A stretch of 64,000 bases of DNA from Candidatus Bathyarchaeota archaeon (GTDB taxonomy: Archaea; Thermoproteota; Bathyarchaeia; Bathyarchaeales; Bathycorpusculaceae), in the NCBI GenBank assembly GCA_963806535.1, contig CAWDYC010000008.1, forward strand, positions 96,001-160,000, written 5' to 3'. Both the position numbers and the translations under genes were made by a program. Shown piece after piece: positions 9,447-21,782 of the stretch (position 1 is its first letter; each line of letters begins with the position of its first letter). Below the pieces are notes generated by a model that saw only the letters and a list, made by a program, of their open reading frames with translations, made no database searches and was not told where the DNA came from.

Positions 9447-11736
9447 ATGAGTAAAAAAAATTGTCAATCACAACAAAACAAAAAAAATCTTGAGGGCAAA
9501 TCGGTTGATTCCACAGCCGTTGATAGCGTTGGCTCGGAAGTTGGCAACCGTGAGTTGAAACGAAGAGATTTCATGAAGCTGTCAGCCCTATTGGCGGGTG
9601 GAGCTTTAGCCACAGTCGTTTTGGAAGGCTCATTGAACCCTTTAAGATTGATACCGAAAGCAACTGATCAACTTCTTTTGGCACCAAGAAAAGGAAATTT
9701 ACAATTAGGGTCATTTGAGGCTCTTGCAGTTTCTAATATCAGCAGTTTGGACCCGTTGAACATTCCAAAATTTGAAAACCAATTAACTGCCCCGCCACCT
9801 GTTTATGACCCCAAAGTTATCACCAGCCAGGGTAAAGTGGTTCGGCATGAATACACTGTAGCAATGGCTAGTTTTATGGAGCAAATTCTTCCGCCTTCGA
9901 TGAATCTTAAAACGCCTGTTTGGGGTTATGGAGGCTTAGCTCATGATGCAGTAACAGGAGCATCTTTAGGTTTTGTCCAAAACAGCCCGGGTCCAACATT
10001 TGAAGCTGTCAGAGGAGTACCTATTCAGGTGGAGTGGCAAAACAACATTACCTCATCTTACATGTTTGCAGTTGATCCGACCATACATTGGGCGAACCCC
10101 AACAACAATTCGGAGAGCACTTCTCCTTTTTCAGCATATCCGCCAGGTTATCCAAATGCACAAACTCCAGTTCCACTTGTAACCCATCTACACGGAGGAC
10201 AAAACCAGTCCTTCTACGATGGAGGCCCAAACCAATGGTTCACCTCAAGCGGCAAACATGGCTCACAATACAGCACCTATAACCAAACCGGTTCAAACGC
10301 TGCAGTCTACTATTATCCTAACACCCAAGAGCCAACGACACTTTGGTATCATGATCACGCCTTAGGTGTTACACGCCTAAATGTGGTGTCAGGGCTCGCT
10401 GGTTTCTATCTCATAAGAGAACCGCAAAATGGAAACGATAAGGTTGCCCCTTTGTTGCCTACGGGAAAATATGAGATGCCTCTTGTAATTCAAGATAGAA
10501 TGTTCAACACTGATGGCTCATTCAACTATCCTTCAGTTGGCGTTGAACCTACAATTCATCCATATTGGGTAAACACTTTCTTAGGCAACACAATAATGGT
10601 AAACGGCAAACTCTGGCCAAACATGAATGTGGACAGAGGACAATATAGATTAAGAATCTTAAACGGATCAAATTCTCGTTTTTACAACCTAAGCTTTTCA
10701 AATGGAATGACTTTTATCCAAATCGGAAGCGACGGTGGCTACCTAAAAGCGCCAGTCAAACTCACATCATTGCTTCTTGCGCCCGCTGAACGCGCCGACA
10801 TCATAGTAGACTTTTCAAATTTGGCTATAGGAGCAAAAGTAGTTCTTACCAACACTAGTCTCATCTTAAATACAGATGAAGAAAAGCAGACACTTGGGCA
10901 AATAATGCAATTCACCACAACTGACCAAAAAGCATCTACACCTTTTAGTCTTGGCTCAGGCGCCAAACCCATTTAACCCAACACTTGCAGCCTCAAATTT
11001 CCCGACTTTGCCAACAGCAACAAAACAAAGAACTCTAACATTATTGGAGGTTTTGGGGCCAAACAGCACGAAGATTGCATTGCTTGATGGGCAAATGTGG
11101 GACGCACCGATCTCTGAACTTCCAGATTTGGGAACAACTGAAGAGTGGATACTTGTTAATGGAACCATGGATCCTCATCCAATTCATCTGCATTTAATTC
11201 AATTTCAACTTGTCCGAAGAGAAGGCTTTGATTCCGTTACTTATCTGGATAATTGGAATGCTCTTAACGGACAAGCGCCGTTTAGTAAACCTACGAAAAA
11301 TCTAGATATTAATTCATACCTCAATAATTTGCGGATTCCACTTCAGCCAAACGAAGAAGGCTGGAAAGACACAATTACAGTTAACGCTGGAGAAGTTGTA
11401 ACGATTAGAGTAAGGTTTGCGCAGCAAGACGGTTCCAGTTTCCCGTTTGACGCAACGGCTGGTCCGGGATATGTTTGGCACTGCCACCTGCTTGAACATG
11501 AAGACAACGAAATGATGCGGCCCTACAAAGTTACCAAAGCTAGCTCAATAGTTGTACCTTTAGCTGTTGCTGCGGTGGGGGTAGCAGCTGCGGCTTCCGT
11601 GATAGGATATTCTTATCAGAGAAAAAGAAAGAAAAAACGCCAACAATCAGAAGCGGCTTCAACCAATCAGCCAAATCATTTAGGCGAAAAAACCGAAACT
11701 AAGCAACCTGAAGAAATCGAAGACGAAAACTCTTGA
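9447..11736 (+). CDS. Multicopper oxidase (CotA/bilirubin oxidase-like), Tat signal and C-terminal TM anchor (one frameshift near 10965)
   Basis: KRRDFMK twin-arginine motif; Cu motifs HLHG, WYHDH, HPIHLH, HCHLLEHEDNEMM; TM helix followed by RKRKKKR. Confidence 0.9.
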
Positions 11737-11805
11737 AATTAACCAAAATTTTCTAAAAATAAATACTTTTAAAACAAACAAGAATACTGCAATGGAGAGA
11801 GTAAT

Positions 11806-12222
11806 ATGTCGCAAAAGTTCAACGCCCTTCTTTTGGCAGTTGGTGCAATTGCCATAGTTTTTGTTTGGCTGATAAACGTTCATGTTCAAATTGATCTAAT
11901 TCCAACTATAGTAAATGGCGAAGTTATTGCAACTTCGACTGCCATAATTTTCACTGGAATATTCTTCACGTTAGGCTGCACAAACAGACTTGTGGAGATT
12001 CAAAAAAAGAAGAATTTTCCGTTTTTTGTCCTTGGATTGTTAGGGGTAGCTTCAGTTTTTGTTATAGGCACTTTCTTTAGCATGATAGTCAACAATTTTG
12101 AGATTGCTTTAAAATTAAGCTTTACAGGTTTGATATTTGCAATTGGAACTTTCATGAGTCTAATAGCAGTATTCGTCCAACAAATGATTTCTCGAAACGT
12201 TAACTCCGATAACCAAAATTAA
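11806..12222 (+). CDS. Hypothetical 4-TM membrane protein
   Basis: Four hydrophobic segments; GGAG upstream. Confidence 0.6.
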   Translation: MSQKFNALLLAVGAIAIVFVWLINVHVQIDLIPTIVNGEVIATSTAIIFTGIFFTLGCTNRLVEIQKKKNFPFFVLGLLGVASVFVIGTFFSMIVNNFEIALKLSFTGLIFAIGTFMSLIAVFVQQMISRNVNSDNQN

Positions 12223-12266
12223 AGGTATTCAAGAAAAGCAGAATCCACCGAATAATGACAGAATTT

Positions 12267-12701
12267 TTAGATTGTTTTGAGGCGCAGAGCAGACCATTTT
12301 TCATCAATGGCAACTAAGCTTACTGCCTGTAATCCGACAGTTTGGGCATATTTCCGGATGGAATCCCGATTCACATCTGTTTTTGTTTTTGATGTTCCTT
12401 TTGGATAAGTCACCCATAGTACACCGTTTTTGACGAGTAGAAGCTTCAAAGGGGATAGCTTATCCTCCAAATCTTTCCTTGAATTCACAAAGACTTGAAT
12501 GATATCAAACTGTTTCTCTGAGATGTCAACTGTAACCGTCACGTTGAGAGACAGCTTGCCAAGACTTAACATATAGTTTTTTGGCTCGTTAAGTAGCAGA
12601 ACCTTGCAGTTTTCTTTAATTTGAAGCTTTTCTGAAATCGGTTTGTAAGACACTTTCCTTCGCCTTACATGTGATTTTAGGATTTTATGGTTTTTAACCA
12701 A
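12267..12701 (-). CDS. DUF3052-like protein
   Basis: KLQIK...LWVTYPKGTSK..TDVNRD...VAIDEKWSALR. Confidence 0.7.
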   Translation of the reverse strand: MVKNHKILKSHVRRRKVSYKPISEKLQIKENCKVLLLNEPKNYMLSLGKLSLNVTVTVDISEKQFDIIQVFVNSRKDLEDKLSPLKLLLVKNGVLWVTYPKGTSKTKTDVNRDSIRKYAQTVGLQAVSLVAIDEKWSALRLKTI

Positions 12702-13264
12702 TCTAAGAAAACTTGACGCATTTTCTCTGGGCTTTCCAGCACATGTACGTCTTCCATTTTTTCGAGTTTACGAACTTGGTCAGCTTCTTCTTTGCGCACT
12801 CTCAGCTTCATTTCTTTGCCATTTGGCAGTTTTGTGATAACAGTGCTTTCCCGATAGTCCGTGGGTAAGATGTATACTGGTCTGTATGCTTTTAGGCTCA
12901 TGATTGCTGAGTTCGTTAACATGGTGTCTCCGATGCCATTGGCGATTTTGGCAACCGTGTTTGAACTGGCAGGAGCAATGAGTAAAAACTCGTATTTGCC
13001 GCTTTGCAGCCATGCAGCCAGAAAAGGCGAATTGGAATTAAGCTCAACTTGCACTTTCAGAAAATTCTTCTTCAATTCATCTTCAAGCCGATAAAACTTC
13101 AGCATTGTGTCAGCGGCTTTAGAAAGATAGACATCAATTTCCACTATCTCTTCTGATTGCTTTTTTAGATCCTTCATTATTTCCAAGATTTCAGCGATTT
13201 TGTCGCCTGCGCCAGTTATGCCCCAAGCCACTTTTCGCTTCTTTACTTTCTCTGCTTCTGTCAT
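12677..13264 (-). CDS. afpA: Archaeoflavoprotein AfpA
   Basis: VAWGITGAG, NSPFLA, IAPASSNTVAKIANGIGDT, VYILPTD. Confidence 0.85.
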   Translation of the reverse strand: MTEAEKVKKRKVAWGITGAGDKIAEILEIMKDLKKQSEEIVEIDVYLSKAADTMLKFYRLEDELKKNFLKVQVELNSNSPFLAAWLQSGKYEFLLIAPASSNTVAKIANGIGDTMLTNSAIMSLKAYRPVYILPTDYRESTVITKLPNGKEMKLRVRKEEADQVRKLEKMEDVHVLESPEKMRQVFLDWLKTIKS

Positions 13265-13273
13265 AAACTCAAC

Positions 13274-13870
13274 CTATTTTTGTTGGTACTTCTCCATGTA
13301 ATCTGCAAACCGCTTAACGGTCTTCTTTAAGCTTCTGAAACCTTCTTCATCAGACTTGACGCCGTCAAGAGTGTCTTTACTCCAAAACGTTACACCCAAA
13401 TTCGCTCCGAAGAATCCTCCCCCAACAGGAATCATTCCGTTAATAATATAAAATGTGTGAATCTGCATTAAGGCGAATTCTTGACCACCATTCCTGTCTC
13501 CTCCAACAACGATGCCCATGCCAACTTTGCCCTTAAACACATTTTTATCAGCTGCAACCAATGCGCGTGTTCTATCCATCACCGTCTTAATTTGGGCACT
13601 TACGCCTCCATTGTAAACTGGTGATGCAAAAATGATTCCTTTTGCCTCAGTGAGTAATGCGTAAAGTTCTTGCATATCATCTTGGACAACGCATTCCTTG
13701 TTTTTGAGGCAGTAATCACAATGCGCACAAAAATCAATCCAATTTCCCTTTACAGTCCAAAATTTGGTTTCGAACCCTTTTTCGCTAAGCATTCGAAGGG
13801 CTTCTTTTAGGACATATTCAGTGGCTTGATCTCTTGGGCTGCCGCAAACTCCGATAATCATAAGCTTCAC
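13274..13870 (-). CDS. Iron-sulfur flavoprotein (Isf)/NADPH-dependent FMN reductase family
   Basis: GSPR, CAHCDYC-X5-C, DDMQ, ASPVY, GGDRNGGQE. Confidence 0.88.
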   Translation of the reverse strand: MKLMIIGVCGSPRDQATEYVLKEALRMLSEKGFETKFWTVKGNWIDFCAHCDYCLKNKECVVQDDMQELYALLTEAKGIIFASPVYNGGVSAQIKTVMDRTRALVAADKNVFKGKVGMGIVVGGDRNGGQEFALMQIHTFYIINGMIPVGGGFFGANLGVTFWSKDTLDGVKSDEEGFRSLKKTVKRFADYMEKYQQK

Positions 13871-14018
13871 TATTAACGTTAATTATAGATTTGCATTAAA
13901 ATCTTGCTACCAGAAATTATTCGGTAAAAAAGCAGGCTTCAAATGAACAAAAACTCCTTAAAAATATAGGGTTTTTCACATGATAAAAAAAGTGGAAGCT
14001 GAATAAAGTTTTGCTTCA

Positions 14019-14207
14019 CTACATTTTCTTTTTTACTTTTTCAGCTACCTTTTTGGTATCTTCAGCTGCTTTTGTCCCGGCTTTTTTAGCAACGGCAGCA
14101 ACCTTCTTTGATTCCTCAGCAACCTTTGACCCGGCTTTCTTGGCGTCGATTACAGCTTTTTTAGCTTCTTCTTCCGCCACGGTCTTAGCATTCTTTAAAT
14201 TGGGCAT
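14019..14207 (-). CDS. 62-aa Lys/Ala/Glu-rich helical repeat protein
   Basis: 18-aa repeat AKKAG(S/T)K(V/A)AE(E/D)(S/T)KKVA; TATTTAAA box about 40 nt upstream of the ATG. Confidence 0.65.
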   Translation of the reverse strand: MPNLKNAKTVAEEEAKKAVIDAKKAGSKVAEESKKVAAVAKKAGTKAAEDTKKVAEKVKKKM

Positions 14208-14360
14208 ATTGACGCTTGCTCCGCTAAAGTTTTTGATCTTTGATGTTTAAATAGTCTATGCTTTTGTCTTTTAACACAAAAACGAAAAGAAGAAAAACTC
14301 AAAAACAAAGAAATCAAGTTAAACAAAAAAATAAAGAAATAAGAAAATTTTGAGGTGATT

Positions 14361-16578
14361 TTATTCTTTCTCGAAGTATTCTTCTGCTTTTGGCGGTACT
14401 GGCGGTAATCCTCTGCGTTCGCGTATCTTTTTGATGGTTTCTGCTTGCATTTGTTCTGGAACTGGTGCCCATCGGCTGAATTGTGTTGCCCAGAAGGCTC
14501 TGCCTGAAGTTGAACCTCGTAGTTCATCAGCGATGCCGAAGCTTTCGGAGACTGGCATTTCAGCTTTTACGGTAATCATGTCTTCTTCTGATGGCATGTC
14601 AAGGATTTTTCCTCGTCGTCTTGTTTAGCATTGTGATTACTGCGCTGACGAATTCGCTTGGAACTTTGCATTCGAAACTCATGAGTGGTTCAAGCAGTTT
14701 TGGATCGCTCAGTAGTATACAGCAGTATATTGGTCTCCAAGTCATTGGGATAGCTTGTGCTGGTCCCCTGTGGACTGGGTCTTCATGGAGGGTTATGTCT
14801 TCAAGGTTGATTTTTAAGCCGTAAGCTGGTTCTTTAGCTAATGGCGATGTATGGACTGCTTCTCGGAATCCACCTTTAATGTGGTCTAAGATTTCCTCAA
14901 CATATTGTCTTCCACGAATACGGTTGACAAGAATGCAGTTTTCCTCCACAGCTACTGCGCCTTTAGCTTCATCCGCTTCCCATCCTAAAGCCCTCAAAGT
15001 TTTCGTTCGTTCATCTCTACTCTGCATATCATTGACTTTGTCTGATTTTATTGCTTCAATGACTTCATCGGACAGCTTCTCAATAGTTATCCAAAGTTTG
15101 TTATGTTTGTTGGGGCTTTTACCCATGATTGCTGGACCACGGTAATCGTGACTTATAGTTTCTCTGTAGATGACGATTGGTTTGCTAAGTTTTACTTTTA
15201 AGCCTGCTTCCTGCATTCGGTAAGCTGTAATTTCAAGGTGTAGCTCGCCCATTCCTGAGAGAAGGAATTCGCCGCTTTCTTTGTTCATAACAAAGTGAAG
15301 GTTAGGGTCCTCTGTTGTTAGTTTATGCATTACTTTGTCGAATAAGGGCAGGTCTTTGACGTCTTCAGGCTCTACTGCGACAGTTACGACTGGGTCAGAA
15401 ACATATCTTAAGCCTTCAAACGAATGAACATCTGCACCTTCTTCTGCGACAGTTTCGCCGACGTGTATGGATGGTAAACCTGAGATTGCTCCAATGTTGC
15501 CCGCTGGAACACGGTCAATTAGAACCCGGTCAGTTGCCATACTCATGAAAACCTGTTGAATAGTGCCTTTCTGGTTACTGCTTAAAAGCTGAACTGTTTT
15601 TCCTCGCTCAACTGAGCCACTGAAAATTCTGCCGATTGCAACTGTTCCACTGTGTGGGTCAACTTCAATAGTGGATATGCACATAAGCAAAGGTGCTTTG
15701 GGGTCAACTTTTGCCATGCCTACACCGGTTGGACTAGTTACATCTCCTGGCCAAATCTGTGGCTGTCTGTAGGGTTGTGCTTCGTATGGGTTAGGCAAGT
15801 GCTTGACAAACATGTCTAGAATCGGTTCTGGTAGAGGCGCTTTTTTGCTGAGTGCATCTACTTTTCTTCCAACGTCTATAGGGTCACCTGTGTATGCGTC
15901 GATGATGTCTTGGAAAGTGACTTTCTTCATTTTCATGTGATCAAGATTTAAGCCCCATTTGTGAAGCGCGGAGCCAAAGGCAACACGGCTATCTTCAATT
16001 TTGACTTGCCAATCTTGTTTATGTTCAGCAGGTGCATACCTCTCAATTAAATTGTTTACTCTCATCAGAATCTTTGCAAATTTCTTTTGAATTTCTGCTG
16101 GAGTTAATTTGATTTCTTTTATGAGTCGGTCAACTTTATTGATGAACAAGATTGGTTTTACCCGTTCTCGAAGGGCTTGCATAAGAACAGTTTCTGTCTG
16201 AGTCATAGGTCCTTCAACAGCATCAACAACCACGAGTGCGCCATCAACGGCACGAAGGCTTCTGGTTACTGCACCTGAAAAGTCGATGTGACCAGGTGTA
16301 TCAATGAGGTTGATCAGGTAATCTTTTTCTTGATAAGTGTGAACTAAGCTCACGTTTGAAGCGAAAACAGTCATTTGACGCTTTTGCTCAAGATCCCATG
16401 AGTCCAAAAACAGTTTTTGCCCAGCGGTTTGAGTGCTGATGATTCCTGCTGCAGCAAGTAAACTGTCGGCCAAGGTGGTTTTTCCATGGTCAACATGCGC
16501 GATAATACTGGTATTTCTGATGAATGTTGGAGTTTCCATCAGTTTGACTATTTCGTCAGTCTGCCTATAACGAGCCAT
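14361..16578 (-). CDS. fusA: Translation elongation factor EF-2 family GTPase, possibly the aEF-2 paralogue (one frameshift near 14622)
   Basis: AHVDHGKT, DTPGH, NKVD, GMGELHLE, diphthamide loop HEDPVHRGPAQ; domain V continues in ORF 14361-14597. Confidence 0.92.
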
Positions 16579-17155
16579 CTAAACATTCTCCATTTTAATG
16601 ATATTTATTATTTGAAACTACATGGAAAGTGAAATTGTGTCCTATTAACTTTATGGCATCCTTTTTTTCAAACACTTGGGAAAATCACTAGTGGTGAAAC
16701 CAACAACAAACTCCATTATTTTGAATAGATTCTGCAATTTGACTTATTTTGCTTCTATAGTAGTCAAGAACACGGTTGATCCACTTTTGCAGATAAGTTA
16801 AGTGAAGTTCACAAAAAAGGATAAATGGACTTATTTTTCTTCTATTCTACAAAATTATTAAGTTGAAAGAGGAAAAAGATTCAAATGTGTGATAAAGCTA
16901 TTGCCCGCTTTAAAACTATTAAATCGACATTAAATTTACCTTTAAGTCCGATTAGTTTAAATGTAGTAAGCAACAATAAATCCAAAAATAATAACGCCAT
17001 CAATGTATTTAGGTTTAAAACGAGGGTATGAATGTACTTTAAATTAGTCTTGGTTCAACTTTGTATCTTCCCATCAAATATTTCTCCATGTAATGATGCT
17101 CACTTTGCGGGGTTGTAAATAACTAAGTCAATCTTGAGGTTTTGGCGGAGTATAT

Positions 17156-19925
17156 TTGGAAAAAGCTGTTTCTTTGCCCATTAACGAGGTTTTCGACGAC
17201 CTAAAAACAACACCTGACGGATTAACAAGTGAAGAGGCTAAACTCCGCATAAAGAAATACGGTTACAACAAGCTTTCAGAAAAAAGACAAATCCCCTTTA
17301 TTCACAAATTCATAAGGCATCTGAGAGACTTATTCGGCATCCTACTACTTGTCGCAGCAGTTTTATCATACATCAGTGGCAGTCCCGAACTTGCCTTAAT
17401 CATACTCGCAGTTGTTTTCGTAAACATCTTCGTTAGTCTATTCCAAGAGTCACGTGCAGAAAAAGCTATGGAGACCCTGAAAAGCTGGATGCCTGAGTTT
17501 GCAAAAGTGATGCGTGATGGAGAACTTAAAAAAATCTCTGTCAGCGAAATTGTTCCAGGCGACATCGTAGCACTTGAAGAAGGCGACCGAGTACCAGCAG
17601 ATGCCCGCCTGATCGAAGCTTTTGATTTATGGACAAACAACGTTCCATTAACTGGAGAATCCGAACCTCAACCCCGTGTTGCTGAAGCAGTGAAGACAGT
17701 TGAAAAAGCGTATTTGTATTCACCCAACCTTGTTTTTATGAGTACAAGCGTCGCCAAAGGACAGGGTAAAGCAGTTGTTTACTCAACAGGTATGAATACG
17801 CAGTTTGGAAAAATCGCTAATTTAACTCAAACAATCCAGGAAGAAGACAGCCCTCTTCAAAAAGAAATCGCTTTAACAGCTAAATACGATTTTATGATCG
17901 CTGTAGCAGTAGGCGTAGTCTTCTTTGCTTCAAGTTTTCTTTTCCTGCATGCCTCTCTTTCTACAAGCATATTCTTCATGATTGGTGTTATGGTTGCTTG
18001 CGTGCCTGAAGGGTTGCAGGTAACTGTTTCCAGCGCTTTAGCCATCAACGTTTTGAAAATGGTTAAAGAGAACGTTTTGGTAAAACGGTTGTCAGCAGTA
18101 CAGACTTTAGGCAGCGTTACTGTCATTTGCACCGATAAAACGGGCACAATAACAAAGGGAGAAATGACTGTAAACAAGCTGTGGGTTTATGATTATGTTG
18201 TGGATGTTTCAGGTCTAGGCTATAAACCTGAAGGCGACTTCACCGTAAACGGTCAACCATTAAACAAAGAACAAAATGGTTGTCTTGAAAAGCTTATTGA
18301 GATTGCTGCCCTTTGTAACGGAGCAAAACTTGATCCTCCTTCAGATAGAAACAAAAACTGGAGCGTAATAGGTGACCCAACAGACGGCGCTTTACTTGTT
18401 GCCGCTTTAAAGTCAACAGTGAATATACAGGATGCTTTGGCTCAAAAACAAATGATCCATATTATACCATTCAGTTTTGAACGCAAAACCATGACCACTG
18501 TTCACAGTTTGAATGGCGATGTTTTAATTTATACTAAGGGTGCACCGAGAAACATTTTAGATTTATGCAAAAAAGTGCTTATTGACGACAAAGTTGTAGA
18601 GTTAGATACTGAAAGAATGGCTTGGATAGAAGAAAGAATTCATGAGTTTGCCAACGAAGGCTTGCGCGTTATAGCAGTTGCTTATCAGGAAAATGCCAAA
18701 AGCTGAATTCGAAAAAGGAGCCGAAGTGGAATCTGACCTCATTTTTGTCGGTTTAGCTGCCATGCGTGATCCGCCAAGAATGGAAGTTAAAGACGCCGTT
18801 TTAAAGGCAAAGCAAGCGGGAGTAAAAACCGTTATAATTACAGGGGATTATGGCCCAACAGCACAGGCTATTGCACAAGAAGTTGCGATTGTCGACCGGG
18901 ATTGCTGCCAAGTCGTTCGCGGTGTCGACTTAGACGATTTAAGCGATGAAGCTGTAGTTAATGAAGTTCGACAGGGAAACGTGATTTTTGCTCGTGTTGC
19001 ACCAGAACAGAAACTCCGCATAGTCAAAGCTCTTAAGAAAAGTGGAGAAATAGTGGCAGTAACTGGTGACGGCGCAAATGATGCTCCTTCGCTTAAAGAA
19101 GCAGATATTGGCGTAGCCATGGGTTTTTCAGGAACCGACGTTGCCCGTGAAGCGGCAGACATCGTTTTGCTGGATGACAGTTTTGCATCTATCGTTAAAG
19201 CAATTGAGTCAGGAAGAGCAATCTATGAGAACATTCGCAAGTTTATTGTCTACGTGTTTTCGCATAACTGGGCTGAATTAATTCCGTTCATACTTTACGC
19301 CGTTCTAGGAATTCCTTTGCCGCTTCTTGTAACGCAAGTTTTAGCAATTGACCTTGTCATAGATGTCATTCCATCGTTAGCTTTAAGCCGTGAACCTCCT
19401 GAAGCAGGAATCATGCAGGAACCTCCAAGAAGCATCAAAGAAAGACTGTTTACGCGCAAGGTTCTGATTCGGTCAGTATTCATTGGAGTTATCATTGCCG
19501 CAGGGGCCATGTACGGATGTTTGAGCACTTGGGCTGCAGGAGGATGGCACTTTGGATTATCGTTGGCCACCAATAGCCAACTTTACGCTAAAGGTGTAAC
19601 TATGACTTTCGCAGGCATCGTAGTGGCGCAAGCAGGCAACGTCTTGGCATGTAGAACCAGCAAACAATCAATCTTCAAAACAAGCCTAAAAACTAACAAA
19701 TGGATAATCTTTGGCATCGCCTCACAAATCGGAATCTTGGCATTAATTGTTTATGTTCCAATAATGCAGCATGTATTCACAACTGCGCCTCTCAACCTAA
19801 GTGACTGGGGATTCCTGATTTCATTGGCTTTGGTCGTGGTTTTCGCAGAGGAAATTCGCAAGTTCTTTAGCAGAAAATTCAGCAAAACAGGTTCAGAAGC
19901 ACTAAAGATACACGATCACACTTAA
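17156..19925 (+). CDS. Type II P-type cation-transporting ATPase (one frameshift near 18688)
   Basis: TGES, VPEGL, DKTGT, KGAP, TGD, GDGANDAPSL. Confidence 0.92.
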
Positions 19926-20063
19926 GCTCTCTTCATTAATGGTGTTTGCTAACTATTTCTATTATTTTTCTTCCAGCGATAGAAACAAAACAAATGCCAA
20001 GAGCTAAATACAAACAATTGTACATTTTTACTGCAAAGTTAACTGGTATAGGAGAAAAAGTGC

Positions 20064-21339
20064 ATGCCTAATTTCCAGACTGTTCGTGGAATGAGAGATT
20101 TACTTGGCGAAGAAGCCCAAACATTCACAAACATTATTGCTAAAGCCCGTGAAACCGCGGCACTTTACGGTTACAAAGAAGTCATAACGCCAGTTGTTGA
20201 GCCACTTGAGCTTTTGAGTGCTAAATCAGGTGAAGAAATTCGACAACGAATGTTTATTTTCAAAGACCTCGGCGAACGGCAGGTTGCTTTGCGTCCAGAA
20301 TTTACTGCATCAATCGCACGGTTAGCAACTACAGCTCTAAAAAACGAGCCTAAACCACTTAGACTGTTCTCGGTGGGTAGCGTTTACCGATACGACGAAC
20401 CCCAAAAGGGACGTTATAGAGAGTTTTGGCAGTCAAATTTTGAATTAATGGGTTCAGCTAGGCCAGAGGCGGATGCAGAAATCGTTTTGCTGACAAATAG
20501 TTTGATGAAAGGGTTGGGTTTGCAAGGTTACGCTTTCAAAATCGGGCATATAGGCGTGATACGGGGTATTCTTAGCCAAGAAGGTGTGGATGAAAAAACT
20601 CAAAACGCGATTTTGCAGCGAATGGACAAGAAGGAATATGATGAAGCGTTTAAGTTGGTCCGTACCGAGAAGTGCAGAGTAATGCTTGAAGGGTTACTTA
20701 AACTGAAAAGCGATGATTGTTTTGAAACCGTAGAAAAAATCAAAACCTATGTTGCAAATAATGAAAAGGCTAAGGCTGCCGCGGAAAACCTATACGAAAT
20801 CTTAAAGCTCATTGTAGAAAGCGGGTGTCCAGTGCAGTTTGTGGAGCCTGCGTTCGCTCGCGGCTTAGAATATTACACAGGAATGATTTTTGAAATTTAC
20901 ATCCCACAGCTAGACATTGCTCTTGGCGGTGGAGGCAGATACGATAGGTTAATTGAATTATTCGGTGGCGAACCAACCCCCGCCGTAGGCGTTGCTCATG
21001 GAATTGACAGGGTTGCACTTGCTTTGCAAACCCAGAAGGCAACAATTGCAAGGTACGGTTGGGAAACGTGTTCTTGTTTTAGCAGTGAATGATGCATTGA
21101 AAGTTGAAGCATTAAAAATTGCGCAAATGCTCCGTGGCTTGGGGGTGGTTGTTGAGTTTGAAGTTATGGGCCGCAAAATGGGCAAGGCGCTGGAGGATGC
21201 TGATAAACGGCAAGCTGATTACGCAGTAATTGTTGGCGAACGAGAATTAAAAGAGGGCGCAGTAATGCTTAGGAATTTGGCCAAACGTGAACAAACAACT
21301 GTTCCGATTAAAGAGCTGGCTAAAAAAATCAAGGATTAA
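20064..21339 (+). CDS. hisS: Histidyl-tRNA synthetase (one frameshift near 21045)
   Basis: RGMRD, LRPEFT, RYDEPQKGRYREF, RGLEYYTG, GGGRYD; anticodon-binding domain in ORF 20992-21339. Confidence 0.95.
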
Positions 21340-21365
21340 AAAAACAAGAGAAAAGCGGTTAGCTA

Positions 21366-21671
21366 TTATTTCAATTCTACAACCAACAGATCAATCACGC
21401 TGTCACCAATATTAGTGGCTTCGTGATTCTGGGCATCTAAGAAAACCGCAGACCCTTCCTTCAAATCAAGGTCTTGACTTTTGCCTTCAGATGTCAATTT
21501 TAGTTTTCCACCTTTCAGCACGTAAGCCATGTGTTGCGGGTGATGATGCATTTTCGCTGTTGCACCTGGTTCGAAAGTTACTTTGAGCACACGCATTCGA
21601 TTGTTTTCATTAATAAATGTGTAAACGTTTTTGGCCGATACCAATGGATCTAACTGGTTCATTTCCATCAA
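21366..21671 (-). CDS. Cupin domain protein
   Basis: ENNRMRVL, MHHHP, HEATNIG, VELK. Confidence 0.85.
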   Translation of the reverse strand: MMEMNQLDPLVSAKNVYTFINENNRMRVLKVTFEPGATAKMHHHPQHMAYVLKGGKLKLTSEGKSQDLDLKEGSAVFLDAQNHEATNIGDSVIDLLVVELK

Positions 21672-21782
21672 ATATAATCACCTCTAATCACAATTACTCG
21701 CTCCCTAAAAATAAGAAATTGTGACTACAAAATGAACACACAAAAAAATGAAAAACAAAGAAAAGAAATAAGTTTTTTTGGC

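Noticed and set aside
16579-17155. 577-bp intergenic region as an ncRNA or origin
   Set aside because: AT-rich with no convincing repeats, stable hairpins or ORFs; consistent with divergent promoters.
14590-21060. Programmed frameshifting or true pseudogenes in EF-2, the P-type ATPase and hisS
   Set aside because: No slippery heptamers at the breaks, no in-frame stops or other decay, and indels are scattered across unrelated genes; sequencing error is simpler.
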